A DNA stretch of 64,000 bases. It comes from Alphaproteobacteria bacterium. Its GTDB lineage: Bacteria; Pseudomonadota; Alphaproteobacteria; RF32; CAG-239. Both the position numbers and the translations under genes were made by a program. The stretch is from NCBI GenBank assembly GCA_015062285.1, contig SUUY01000001.1, positions 170,880 to 234,879 of the forward strand. Reading direction: 5' to 3'. Positions 14,277-22,644 of this stretch are shown in pieces. The stretch's first letter is position 1, and every line of letters starts with the position of its first letter. Below the pieces are notes generated by a model, which saw nothing but the letters and a program-made list of their open reading frames with translations, made no database searches and had not been told where the DNA came from.

Positions 14277-14531
14277 ATGGAAACTGTGGCAATAATAGCA
14301 GTAGGATTGTTTGCAATAATGATTGTTGCAGCAATAATGGTACTGATGGTCCGCAGAATACGGACTTCCCACAAAAATTTTGTAGAGCGAAAAAAAGCTT
14401 TAGCTCGAATGACTGATGATTGGTTCAAGGTGTTTTATCAAAATCACCAAAAAATCAACTGGAAAGGCATTCCTAGAAGAGAACGTAAGGTTTATGAGAT
14501 GGAGTTGAAACGTAGAAATATTAAAATTTAA
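14277..14531 (+). CDS. small single-pass membrane protein (array member 4, paralog group)
   Basis: 84 aa, starts 12 nt after member 3. TM helix, basic cluster, C-terminal motif FKVFY...RKVYEMELKRRNI. Confidence 0.55.
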   Translation: METVAIIAVGLFAIMIVAAIMVLMVRRIRTSHKNFVERKKALARMTDDWFKVFYQNHQKINWKGIPRRERKVYEMELKRRNIKI

Positions 14532-14535
14532 ATCT

Positions 14536-14607
14536 ATGCTTTTGACTTTGTTGTTGTTGACGATAGCTACGTTCCTTGTGCGAAAAATACGTTCTAAACG
14601 TAAGTGA
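14536..14607 (+). CDS. 23-codon mini-ORF MLLTLLLLTIATFLVRKIRSKRK (TM helix plus basic anchor only), possibly a truncated array member
   Basis: ATG lies 4 nt after the member-4 stop, inside the same terminator-bounded unit. Too short for the ORF track; read by hand. Confidence 0.3.
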   Translation: MLLTLLLLTIATFLVRKIRSKRK

Positions 14608-14610
14608 TTG

Positions 14611-14647
14611 AAAAACTCCAGAGTTTTATCTCTGGAGTTTTGTTTTG
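14611..14647 (+). terminator. rho-independent terminator after array members 3-4 and the mini-ORF
   Basis: Perfect 11-bp stem aaactccagag (14613-14623) / ctctggagttt (14630-14640), then a T-run. It shares the actccag/ctggagt core with the hairpin at 13860. Confidence 0.8.
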
Positions 14648-14743
14648 GACAAAATAAAAAAAATTTTAGGAAAGTTTTTTTGTTGCAATTTGAAAAATAA
14701 GGATTAGATTAAAGGTCAATACTAAATTTTTAATTCTAAGATT

Positions 14744-15016
14744 ATGGTACATATTATTATCTACACAGTTTTGGTTGCCTTGATAATTTGTTTGGCAACA
14801 GGATATTGTAGGACTCTTCGAGCTATTCAGATCCTAGAGAAAAAAATTGCCGGCAAGGTGGAACAGATTGAAAGTCTCAGAAAGCGCGAAAAAGAAAAAA
14901 GTGCCGAGATTAAAGATCTGGAGGGCAGGTTGCTGAAAACGGAGACTGATTTCACTAATTTTAAAAGAAATGTTAGTGAAATGAAGTCAATAGAAGGTTT
15001 TCAGGGATTGCACTAA
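14744..15016 (+). CDS. small membrane-anchored coiled-coil protein (array member 5)
   Basis: 90 aa: N-terminal TM helix, then a heptad-like charged region KKIAGKVEQIESLRKREKEKSAEIKDLEGRLLKTE. Confidence 0.55.
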   Translation: MVHIIIYTVLVALIICLATGYCRTLRAIQILEKKIAGKVEQIESLRKREKEKSAEIKDLEGRLLKTETDFTNFKRNVSEMKSIEGFQGLH

Positions 15017-15021
15017 TTGAT

Positions 15022-15057
15022 AATCCCTCAAGCAGATTAAGCTTGGGGGATTTTTTG
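15022..15057 (+). terminator. rho-independent terminator after array member 5
   Basis: Stem aatccctcaagc (15022-15033) / gcttgggggatt (15041-15052) with one G-U pair, followed by TTTTTT. Confidence 0.7.
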
Positions 15058-15107
15058 TTGCTTGAAATTTATACTAAATAAATTAATATTATTTCTAGTT
15101 TGAGGAA

Positions 15108-16919
15108 ATGAAGATGTTTGATTTGCAACAAGGTTTAGCTAATTTGCAAAAATTTATTAGGGTTGCTCCGGAAACCCCGGGTGTTTATCGTATGGTTAAT
15201 GAATACGATGAGGTTTTGTATGTAGGAAAAGCAAAAAATATTAAGAAAAGAATTGTTGCGTATTCTCACATCGAAAAACTTCCGCTGCGTTTGCAGCAAA
15301 TGGTGGCACAGATCTTTCGGATGGAATTTATTATTGTTGAAAATGAAGCCAGAGCTTTGTTAGTGGAAAATGAATTAATCAAAAAATATAAGCCTCGTTA
15401 TAATGTGTTGCTGAAAGATGATAAGACATTTCCTCATTTAATGATTGATGTAAGTTCCGAATATCCTAGATTAACAAAATATCGGGGATCCAGAAATGAT
15501 AAAAATAAATATTTTGGGCCTTTTGCCAGTGCTATAGCTGTGAATGATGTTATTGATGTCTTACAGAAGGCGTTCTTGTTGCGTTCTTGTCGAGATAGTG
15601 TATTTAAAAATCGTAAACGTCCATGTCTGATGTACCAAATCAAAAGGTGTTCAGCGCCATGTGTAGGCAAGATTTCTGTGAGTGAATATAAAAAACTAGT
15701 AAATGAAGCAGTGGAATTTTTGGAGGGTAAAAACAGTAAAATTCAAGAAGATTTATCTCAAAAAATGAATGAGGCAAGTCAAATTCTGGATTATGAAACT
15801 GCGCTGGTCTTGAGGGATAGGATAAAAGCATTGACAAATATTCAATCTAAGCAAAATGTCGAATATGCAGATATTAAATCGGCTGATGTTGTTGCTTTGG
15901 TACGAGATAGAAATATTGTTTGCGTGCAAATATTTTTTATCAGATCCGGGCAAAATTGTGGAAATATTCCATATTTTCCGTTGCAGATTGATGGTGCATC
16001 TGATGAAGAAATTGTTGAGGCTTTTCTTGGAAGCTTTTATACATCACATATTCCTCCTAAAGAAATTGTTTTAGATCGAGATATTGAAAATAAGCTGTTT
16101 TGGGAAAAGGCTCTTAAGTGTAAAATAAAAACGTATCTCAGAGGAAATAAATTTGCTTTGTTGATGCAGGCGAAAGAAAATGCAAAAGCGGCAATAGATA
16201 GGAAAATAGCTTTGGAAGCCAGTGTTGAAAAGAATCTGGAGGAGTTTAAGCAAAAATTTGGGCTGCGAGATATTCCACAACGAATAGAAATATACGATAA
16301 TTCACATAACCAAGGAAGTTATGCAATAGGAGCAATGGTGGTAGCAACACCAGACGGTTTTGATAAGAAAAGTTATCGAACATTTAATATTAAATATACG
16401 CAAGAAACCAGAGATGATTTCGCAATGATGCAAGAGGTGTTGAAAAGACGTTTTGAAAAAATGACACCGGAAAATAAACCGGATGTTATTTTGCTTGATG
16501 GGGGACGAGGGCAACTTAATGCAGTATATAAAACATTAGAGAAATTTGATTTAAGAGATATTGCTATAATTGCAATATCTAAAGGTCCCGAGCGTAATGC
16601 AGGAAGAGAATTTTATCATCTTAAAGATAAAGATAGTTTTGAATTAGAGTATAGGTCATCATTGGCTTTTTATTTGCAGAATTTACGAGATGAGGCACAT
16701 AGATTTGCGATTGGAACACACCGTAAAAAAAGAGCTAAATCAATTTATGTTTCAAGACTTGATGAGATAGAAGGAATCGGAGATAAAAAGAAAAAAGATT
16801 TGTTGCAATATTTTGGATCTGTACAAGAAATTAAACAAGCTTCAATCAAAGATTTACAAAAAGTGAATGGAATTAGCAAAAAAACGGCGGAAAAACTATA
16901 TAAATACTTTCACAATTGA
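15108..16919 (+). CDS. uvrC: excinuclease ABC subunit C
   Basis: 603 aa with an N-terminal GIY-YIG (PGVYRM...VLYVGKAKNIKKR) and a C-terminal HhH region. pgsA follows, as in many proteobacteria. Confidence 0.95.
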   Translation: MKMFDLQQGLANLQKFIRVAPETPGVYRMVNEYDEVLYVGKAKNIKKRIVAYSHIEKLPLRLQQMVAQIFRMEFIIVENEARALLVENELIKKYKPRYNVLLKDDKTFPHLMIDVSSEYPRLTKYRGSRNDKNKYFGPFASAIAVNDVIDVLQKAFLLRSCRDSVFKNRKRPCLMYQIKRCSAPCVGKISVSEYKKLVNEAVEFLEGKNSKIQEDLSQKMNEASQILDYETALVLRDRIKALTNIQSKQNVEYADIKSADVVALVRDRNIVCVQIFFIRSGQNCGNIPYFPLQIDGASDEEIVEAFLGSFYTSHIPPKEIVLDRDIENKLFWEKALKCKIKTYLRGNKFALLMQAKENAKAAIDRKIALEASVEKNLEEFKQKFGLRDIPQRIEIYDNSHNQGSYAIGAMVVATPDGFDKKSYRTFNIKYTQETRDDFAMMQEVLKRRFEKMTPENKPDVILLDGGRGQLNAVYKTLEKFDLRDIAIIAISKGPERNAGREFYHLKDKDSFELEYRSSLAFYLQNLRDEAHRFAIGTHRKKRAKSIYVSRLDEIEGIGDKKKKDLLQYFGSVQEIKQASIKDLQKVNGISKKTAEKLYKYFHN

Positions 16920-16970
16920 AAAATCTAACGTACTATGTTGTTGAGTTTTAATATTTAAAAGGATCAAAAA

Positions 16971-17645
16971 GTGTATAATTTACCTAATTTGTTGACGTTA
17001 TCTCGAATTGTTGTGATTCCGGTAATATTTTTGTCTGTTTATATTAATGCTGTATGGTGGGGGTTTTTGACTGCTGCTTTATTTATTTTTGCATCAATAA
17101 CAGATTATTTTGACGGCTATTTGGCTAGAGCAAGAGGGCAAGTTTCTGCTTTTGGCAGATTGTTAGATCCGATAGCCGATAAGTTGTTGGTTACTTCTGC
17201 TTTGGTTGTTTTGTTGGCAAAACCTGATATGCTGGTTACTCGTTTGAGCCTTATTCCGATAATTGTTATTTTGTGTAGAGAGTTGTTGGTTTCCGGATTG
17301 CGAGAGTTTTTACGTGAGGTTAATGTTGGCATGCCCGTTACTCGCCTGGCAAAGTGGAAAACAGGTTTTCAAATGACGGCTCTTTCGATGATGCTTTTGA
17401 AGGGTTTTTGGTATTGGGGCGGAATAGGTGAGTTTTTGTTGTGGATTGCAGGGGTTCTTACTTTTGTGACAGGATATCAATATTTTCAAAAAAGTTTGGA
17501 TTACGTTAAGGATAGCGAAAAACATAAAGCTCCAAAAGAAAAAATAGTAGTTGTAAAAAAAATATCTTCATCAACTAAATCAGCCAAGAAAAAAACAGGG
17601 GCAAAAAAAGTTGCTGCTTCCACAAAAACAATAAAGAAAAAATAG
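16971..17645 (+). CDS. pgsA: CDP-diacylglycerol--glycerol-3-phosphate 3-phosphatidyltransferase with a Lys-rich C-terminal extension
   Basis: GTG start with an AAGGA SD. CDP-alcohol phosphotransferase motif DYFDGYLARA...FGRLLDPIADK. The last 44 aa are a K-rich tail. Confidence 0.9.
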   Translation: MYNLPNLLTLSRIVVIPVIFLSVYINAVWWGFLTAALFIFASITDYFDGYLARARGQVSAFGRLLDPIADKLLVTSALVVLLAKPDMLVTRLSLIPIIVILCRELLVSGLREFLREVNVGMPVTRLAKWKTGFQMTALSMMLLKGFWYWGGIGEFLLWIAGVLTFVTGYQYFQKSLDYVKDSEKHKAPKEKIVVVKKISSSTKSAKKKTGAKKVAASTKTIKKK

Positions 17646-17660
17646 TTTTTGAGGTAATTG

Positions 17661-18350
17661 ATGGTTGCAGAATCTCAACATATTTTGGTGGTTGATGATG
17701 ATACAAGACTCCGTTCTTTGTTGCAAAGATTCTTGCGGGAGAACGGATTTTTGGTTTCAGTTGCCAAAAATGCTTTTGAGGCAAGAGAGTTTATAAAGCA
17801 ATATGTTTTTGATCTGCTTATTGTCGATATTATGATGCCTCAAGAAAACGGATTGGAATTTTTGCAAAAATTACGTCAAGACAGTTTGGTGCCAGTCGTT
17901 ATGTTGACAGCTATGGGGGAGACATCAGATCGTATTGTAGGTTTGGAAAAGGGCGCAGATGATTATTTAGCAAAACCGTTTGATCCGCAAGAATTAGTTT
18001 TGCGTATAAAAAACATATTAAAACGGACTCCTCTGGAAAAACAAAACAATGAAGATCGATTGAATCTTGGTTTGTGCGTTTATGATATTCAAAAAAAAGA
18101 ACTACAAACCAAGCAAGGTGATCTTATTCATATTACTCCAGTGGAGCAGTCACTGCTTAATGTTTTGGGAGCGAAAAGCGGTCAGGTTTTTGCGCGTGAA
18201 AAATTAGCAGAAATTTTAGGCGCAGGGCAAAGCCCCAGATCCATTGATGTGCAAATAACACGATTGCGTAAGAAAATAGAAGCAGATTCTAAAAATCCTC
18301 GTTATTTGCAAACTGTTAGAGGTAAAGGGTATATGTTGCTACCCGAATGA
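17661..18350 (+). CDS. OmpR-family response regulator
   Basis: Receiver domain (ILVVDDD...DLLIVDIMMP) plus a winged-helix C-terminus (ITRLRKKIE...YLQTVRGKGYML). I prefer the ATG at 17661 over the TTG at 17658 because of spacing to the GAGGT SD. Confidence 0.9.
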   Translation: MVAESQHILVVDDDTRLRSLLQRFLRENGFLVSVAKNAFEAREFIKQYVFDLLIVDIMMPQENGLEFLQKLRQDSLVPVVMLTAMGETSDRIVGLEKGADDYLAKPFDPQELVLRIKNILKRTPLEKQNNEDRLNLGLCVYDIQKKELQTKQGDLIHITPVEQSLLNVLGAKSGQVFAREKLAEILGAGQSPRSIDVQITRLRKKIEADSKNPRYLQTVRGKGYMLLPE

Positions 18351-18461
18351 AATTAATAAAAGTTTGTTTGCTTTGATGAATGTTTTATAAATTTTGTTAT
18401 ACAAACTTTTAAATGATGATGTATGGTTGATTGGTATATTTGTATAACGAGGGAATAAAAT

Positions 18462-19817
18462 ATGCATTTACGATTGTCTCCGAAAATAGAAGAAAAGTTA
18501 TCTGCTTGGCGATTAAAATATTTGCCAAGAACTTTGTTTTTTAGGACAATGCTACTAATATTTGTTCCATTAGTTGCTGTGCAGATTGTATCAGTTGTGG
18601 TGTTTTTTGATGGCAGCTGGAGTAGAATGGGGAGGCGTTTATCTGTTGCTTTGGCCTCTGATATGAGCATGATCGTTAACTTGGTTCAGGATAATTTATT
18701 ATCTTTAGAAAGAGCACAGCAATATGCCAAAGATTTTTTAGGTTTAGATGTTGAATATATCGACCTTGACAAACATTCCGAGTTTGCAGAAGTAAATAAA
18801 AGTACTCCGATTATTTTAGGGTTTTTAGACGACGCTCTGAGAGAAAAATTCTCATCAGATGGATATAAGATGTTTTTGACTTCTGATGATAACAATATTG
18901 TTGTTGTTATTGATAAGGGGAGTGTCGGATATAAATTTGTAACTCCCAAGAAAAGGATATTCAGTTCTTCGATATTTATGTTTGTGGTGTGGATGGTTGT
19001 GACATCTCTGCTATTATTTTTTGTGGCTGTTTTGTTCTTGCGCATTCAGGTTAGAGCGATATCAGATTTGGCCAGAGTTGCAGAAGATTTTGGTAAAGGT
19101 ATTGACGATAAGACTTTTAAGCCATATGGCTCTTCTGAGGTTAGAAAAGCAGCACTTGCTTTTATTAAAATGAAAGAACGTATATTGCGTCAAATCAGCG
19201 AAAGAACGCAGATGTTGGCCGGTGTTTCTCATGACCTTAGAACTCCCCTAACCAGAATGAAGTTACAAGCGGCAATGTTGCTCAATTCACAAGACAGGGC
19301 TGATTTTGAGGCTGATATTAATGAGATGGAAAAGATGCTTAATGGCTATTTGGCTTTTGTTCGAGGTGAGGGCGAAGAAGAGACAACAACCGTTGATTTG
19401 AAATTTTTGTTGGATAATATTGTTGAGCGTCAACGTTTTATTAAAAATAATATTATATATAATTCTTTGGATTGCGAGCTTATTGTTAAGGCCAGAGAGC
19501 AATCGTTGAGACGAGCGGTAACGAATCTTGTTTCTAATGCTGCCAGATATGGAGATAATGTAAAAGTTGAAGCAGTGGTTGCAGACAGAAAAGTATATAT
19601 TACGATTGAAGATGATGGCCCCGGAATTCCAAAAGACAAAAGAGATGATGTGTTTAAGGCTTTTTATCGTATGGAGGAGTCAAGAAATAAGGAAACCGGA
19701 GGGGTTGGTTTGGGTTTGCCAATAGCGAAAGATGTGGTTACATCTCATGGTGGTACAATAGAGTTGTTTGATAGTGATATGGGTGGTCTAAAAGTTATTG
19801 TGAAGCTTCCGTTGTAG
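18462..19817 (+). CDS. EnvZ-like sensor histidine kinase
   Basis: Two TM segments, H-box LAGVSHDLRTPLTRM, N-box LVSNAARYG, G-boxes DDGPGIP and GGVGLGLPIA. Confidence 0.9.
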   Translation: MHLRLSPKIEEKLSAWRLKYLPRTLFFRTMLLIFVPLVAVQIVSVVVFFDGSWSRMGRRLSVALASDMSMIVNLVQDNLLSLERAQQYAKDFLGLDVEYIDLDKHSEFAEVNKSTPIILGFLDDALREKFSSDGYKMFLTSDDNNIVVVIDKGSVGYKFVTPKKRIFSSSIFMFVVWMVVTSLLLFFVAVLFLRIQVRAISDLARVAEDFGKGIDDKTFKPYGSSEVRKAALAFIKMKERILRQISERTQMLAGVSHDLRTPLTRMKLQAAMLLNSQDRADFEADINEMEKMLNGYLAFVRGEGEEETTTVDLKFLLDNIVERQRFIKNNIIYNSLDCELIVKAREQSLRRAVTNLVSNAARYGDNVKVEAVVADRKVYITIEDDGPGIPKDKRDDVFKAFYRMEESRNKETGGVGLGLPIAKDVVTSHGGTIELFDSDMGGLKVIVKLPL

Positions 19818-19832
19818 AAAGAGGTGGAAAAT

Positions 19833-20774
19833 ATGATTTCTGATAATAATTTTGATACAGGCATGTTGCCTATGAATGATGAAGAATTTGATATAAATAA
19901 ATTTCTTGATGGCGAGGATGCTCAAGAGATTAGTTTGAGTGATGAGATATTAAGCAATAATGAAGTATCAGATATAGTTTTGGGTGATGATGTCTCTACA
20001 GCTAATGCGGATAATAATGATTTTTTTAAATTCGATGATCTTGATGAGTTTACGGAAGATGGTTTTATACGAGAAGAAATACCTGATAGTGCAAATGCAG
20101 ATGCTTTTGATGAAAAAATAGAAAGCTTTGGCAATGCTGAAGGTGATGCAAATATAAATAATGAAGAAAATTTGGTAGATGTTACTGATGATGTTTTGGG
20201 AGATGCTTCACAACAAATATCCGGTAATGAAACAGTTCCTCAAGACGAAGAGTTTGTAGTGAATAATGATTCTGAAAATGAGGCGGTGGTTGATAAAGAT
20301 GTAAGCGATGCAGCGGATATAGAAAACGAGATACAAGAAGAAATACAAGAAGAAATACAAGAAGAAATACAAGATAAAACGCATGAGGATGTGATTGAAG
20401 AATCTGATGGTCACAAAAGATCTGCTGATGTAGAGGTAGATAATTTTGAGGATATCGGATATGTGAAATGGTATAGCGGAAATAGTTCTGATTTAGTTTT
20501 TGAAATTGATAAGAGTAGTTTATCCCAAGAAATTGTCGGTACAGATGAATGCAGTACAATACACGTAAATATAGGTCTTTCTTCTTATGGATGGAGAATT
20601 CAGTTTGACAATGATATTGTCATGAGCATAGATGATGTGCGCGAATATCAGCTGAGAAATGGATGCTTACCTTCAACTAACGGAAACATAATTCATGGTG
20701 ATAATCAAATAAAATTTACAAATATAAATAAAATAACCATATATCGATCGGTACGCTATTTTACATATAGATGA
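19833..20774 (+). CDS. highly acidic repeat-containing protein of unknown function, coupled to the two-component operon
   Basis: ATG at 19833 follows a GAGGTGG SD that starts just after the kinase stop. The first ~190 aa (of 313) are D/E/N-rich and include (EIQE)x4. The C-terminal ~110 aa look globular. No signal peptide. Confidence 0.6.
   Translation: MISDNNFDTGMLPMNDEEFDINKFLDGEDAQEISLSDEILSNNEVSDIVLGDDVSTANADNNDFFKFDDLDEFTEDGFIREEIPDSANADAFDEKIESFGNAEGDANINNEENLVDVTDDVLGDASQQISGNETVPQDEEFVVNNDSENEAVVDKDVSDAADIENEIQEEIQEEIQEEIQDKTHEDVIEESDGHKRSADVEVDNFEDIGYVKWYSGNSSDLVFEIDKSSLSQEIVGTDECSTIHVNIGLSSYGWRIQFDNDIVMSIDDVREYQLRNGCLPSTNGNIIHGDNQIKFTNINKITIYRSVRYFTYR
20328..20375 (+). repeat. in-frame 12-bp tandem repeat x4 (GAAATACAAGAA, encodes EIQE)
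   Basis: gagatacaagaa gaaatacaagaa gaaatacaagaa gaaatacaagat, read directly from the sequence. Confidence 0.95.
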
Positions 20775-20781
20775 TTTTCAG

Positions 20782-21645
20782 TTATTTTTTTATAGGAAAA
20801 ACTTGAACGGTATCTGATATATTGTTTCCGGTTGTGCTATCGGTAGATAAAGTTGTTTTTATATTTGCTCCATACGGATTAGCTCCTTTGCGAGATGTTT
20901 TTGTCGGAGCTTTGAGTTGAGGTGATAGCGGATATGCATTTTTCGGCATGCGAAGCATCATGTAGCCGTTGCTTCCGCCATATGCCGGTCCGGAAATTCC
21001 AATGGAATAGCGTCCACCAATATATCCATAGTCCAAATCGATATAGTCAATGGCAAACAGGGTTTTAACAGAGCTTTGTCCGATGGTGGTCATTTTGCAG
21101 CTATATCCGGCATCCTCCATAATAACGTGGTTGATATTACGAGCAAACAACAGTGATTGAGACGGTGTACAATCTGCAGCTTGTCCACCGTAAGTTATGT
21201 TATAATTTAATATTAAATTAATTGAGTTTGCTTTTTTTCCGACAATAACATCAGTGATTTTGACATAATCAATATATGCATTGGTTGGTGTTATACCCGC
21301 CATTAGAGGGATTGTTATGTAATTTTCCAGACAGGTGTGAGCAGATGGATCTGCTTGGCAAAGTAAAGCACGATTATAGTTGTTGTTGTCAAAGAGCTGT
21401 AAAAGGCTATTGTATATATATTCTGTGGACATAGAAAGTTTGGCCGGGGCACATTGATGCGAACGACAAACAACAATGGATGAAGGCGACCGAATCGGCT
21501 GTGGATCGATATTTTGCGCGGCCTGCTCTTCAGGTGCGGGTGAAGAAAAAGCGCTAAAAATACTGTTTTTTTGAATGTATTGGCAACCGCAAAGTGTTAA
21601 AATGGTTGCGCTTAAGAAAATACCAGAAAATATTTTGTTGTTCAT
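20782..21645 (-). CDS. putative lipoprotein of unknown function
   Basis: 287 aa. Signal peptide with a lipobox-like LCGC (MNNKIFSGIFLSATILTLCGCQ). No family recognised. Confidence 0.6.
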   Translation of the reverse strand: MNNKIFSGIFLSATILTLCGCQYIQKNSIFSAFSSPAPEEQAAQNIDPQPIRSPSSIVVCRSHQCAPAKLSMSTEYIYNSLLQLFDNNNYNRALLCQADPSAHTCLENYITIPLMAGITPTNAYIDYVKITDVIVGKKANSINLILNYNITYGGQAADCTPSQSLLFARNINHVIMEDAGYSCKMTTIGQSSVKTLFAIDYIDLDYGYIGGRYSIGISGPAYGGSNGYMMLRMPKNAYPLSPQLKAPTKTSRKGANPYGANIKTTLSTDSTTGNNISDTVQVFPIKK

Positions 21646-21750
21646 AATTTAACCTTTTGCAAAAAATTATGCTTTATATTATGACAAAGAATATGAAACA
21701 ACAAAGTTTTTTTGTTACTTATGCAATAGATTTTGCAGGAAATTAATATA

Positions 21751-22212
21751 ATGATGAAAAAAATAAGTTTTATTTTACTACTATTAGCTTGGGGCTCTTT
21801 TTCTGCAGAAGCTAAAATCAAAGTGGTTGACGGTGATTCCATTTTTATCGGAGAAACTGAAATTCGTCTGCAAGGAATTGATGCGCCGGAATATTATCAG
21901 AATTGTTATGACGCAAACAAACGGGAATATCGTTGTGGTGATCGTGCCTATAAAGCTTTGTTGTCTTTGGTAAATGAAGACGTATATTGTAAGAAAGTAT
22001 CAGAAGATTATTATAAACGTACGGTTGCTATATGTTATTCTGCCGAAAAAGATATAAATAGAGAAATGGTGCGGCAAGGTTGGGCAGTGGCCTATGATCA
22101 ATATGCGGATATATATGTTGAAGAGGAAAAGTATGCCAAAAAAAATAAGAAGGGAATTTGGCAAGGTAAATTTATGAGGCCAGAATTTTATCGAGCATTG
22201 GAAAAAGAATAA
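21751..22212 (+). CDS. secreted thermonuclease (staphylococcal nuclease, SNase-like)
   Basis: Signal peptide MMKKISFILLLLAWGSFSAEA. SNase-like pattern VVDGDSI...IRLQGIDAPE...NREMVRQGWAVAY...A...KKGIWQG. I trimmed the start to the ATG at 21751. Confidence 0.7.
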   Translation: MMKKISFILLLLAWGSFSAEAKIKVVDGDSIFIGETEIRLQGIDAPEYYQNCYDANKREYRCGDRAYKALLSLVNEDVYCKKVSEDYYKRTVAICYSAEKDINREMVRQGWAVAYDQYADIYVEEEKYAKKNKKGIWQGKFMRPEFYRALEKE

Positions 22213-22263
22213 AACATATTGAGATAAATTTGATGTTTTTGTGGAGATTCCTATTGACACCGA

Positions 22264-22291
22264 CAAAAACTTATGTATATTGCAAGCAACG
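22264..22291 (+). promoter_or_regulatory. candidate sigma70 promoter of rplU-rpmA
   Basis: TTGACA (22264-22269), 16-nt spacer, TATATT (22286-22291). About 33 nt upstream of the rplU ATG. Confidence 0.5.
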
Positions 22292-22323
22292 TTTTATGTT
22301 TAAATAATATAAAGGTGAAAAAA

Positions 22324-22626
22324 ATGTACGCAGTTATTAAAACCGGCGGAAAACAATATCGCGTTACTACAGGTGATGTGTTGAAAGTTGAAAAACTTGC
22401 CGGTGAAGAAGGTAAAGAAGTTGTATTCAACGAAGTTTTGGCATTAGGCGATACCATAGGTACTCCTTTGGTTGCCGGTGCAAGTGTTAAGGCTACAGTT
22501 TTGAAACAAGCTCGTGATGCTAAAGTAATTGTTTTCAAAAAGAAACGTAGACAGAATTATCGCCGCAAAAACGGTCATAGACAGTATATTACATTGGTAA
22601 AAATTACCGATGTTTGCGGTAAATAA
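22324..22626 (+). CDS. rplU: 50S ribosomal protein L21
   Basis: [15 protein letters not shown]-terminus. The tracked start at 22273 is an upstream in-frame extension. Confidence 0.95.
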   Translation: MYAVIKTGGKQYRVTTGDVLKVEKLAGEEGKEVVFNEVLALGDTIGTPLVAGASVKATVLKQARDAKVIVFKKKRRQNYRRKNGHRQYITLVKITDVCGK

Positions 22627-22644
22627 ATTTTAAGGAGATAGAAA

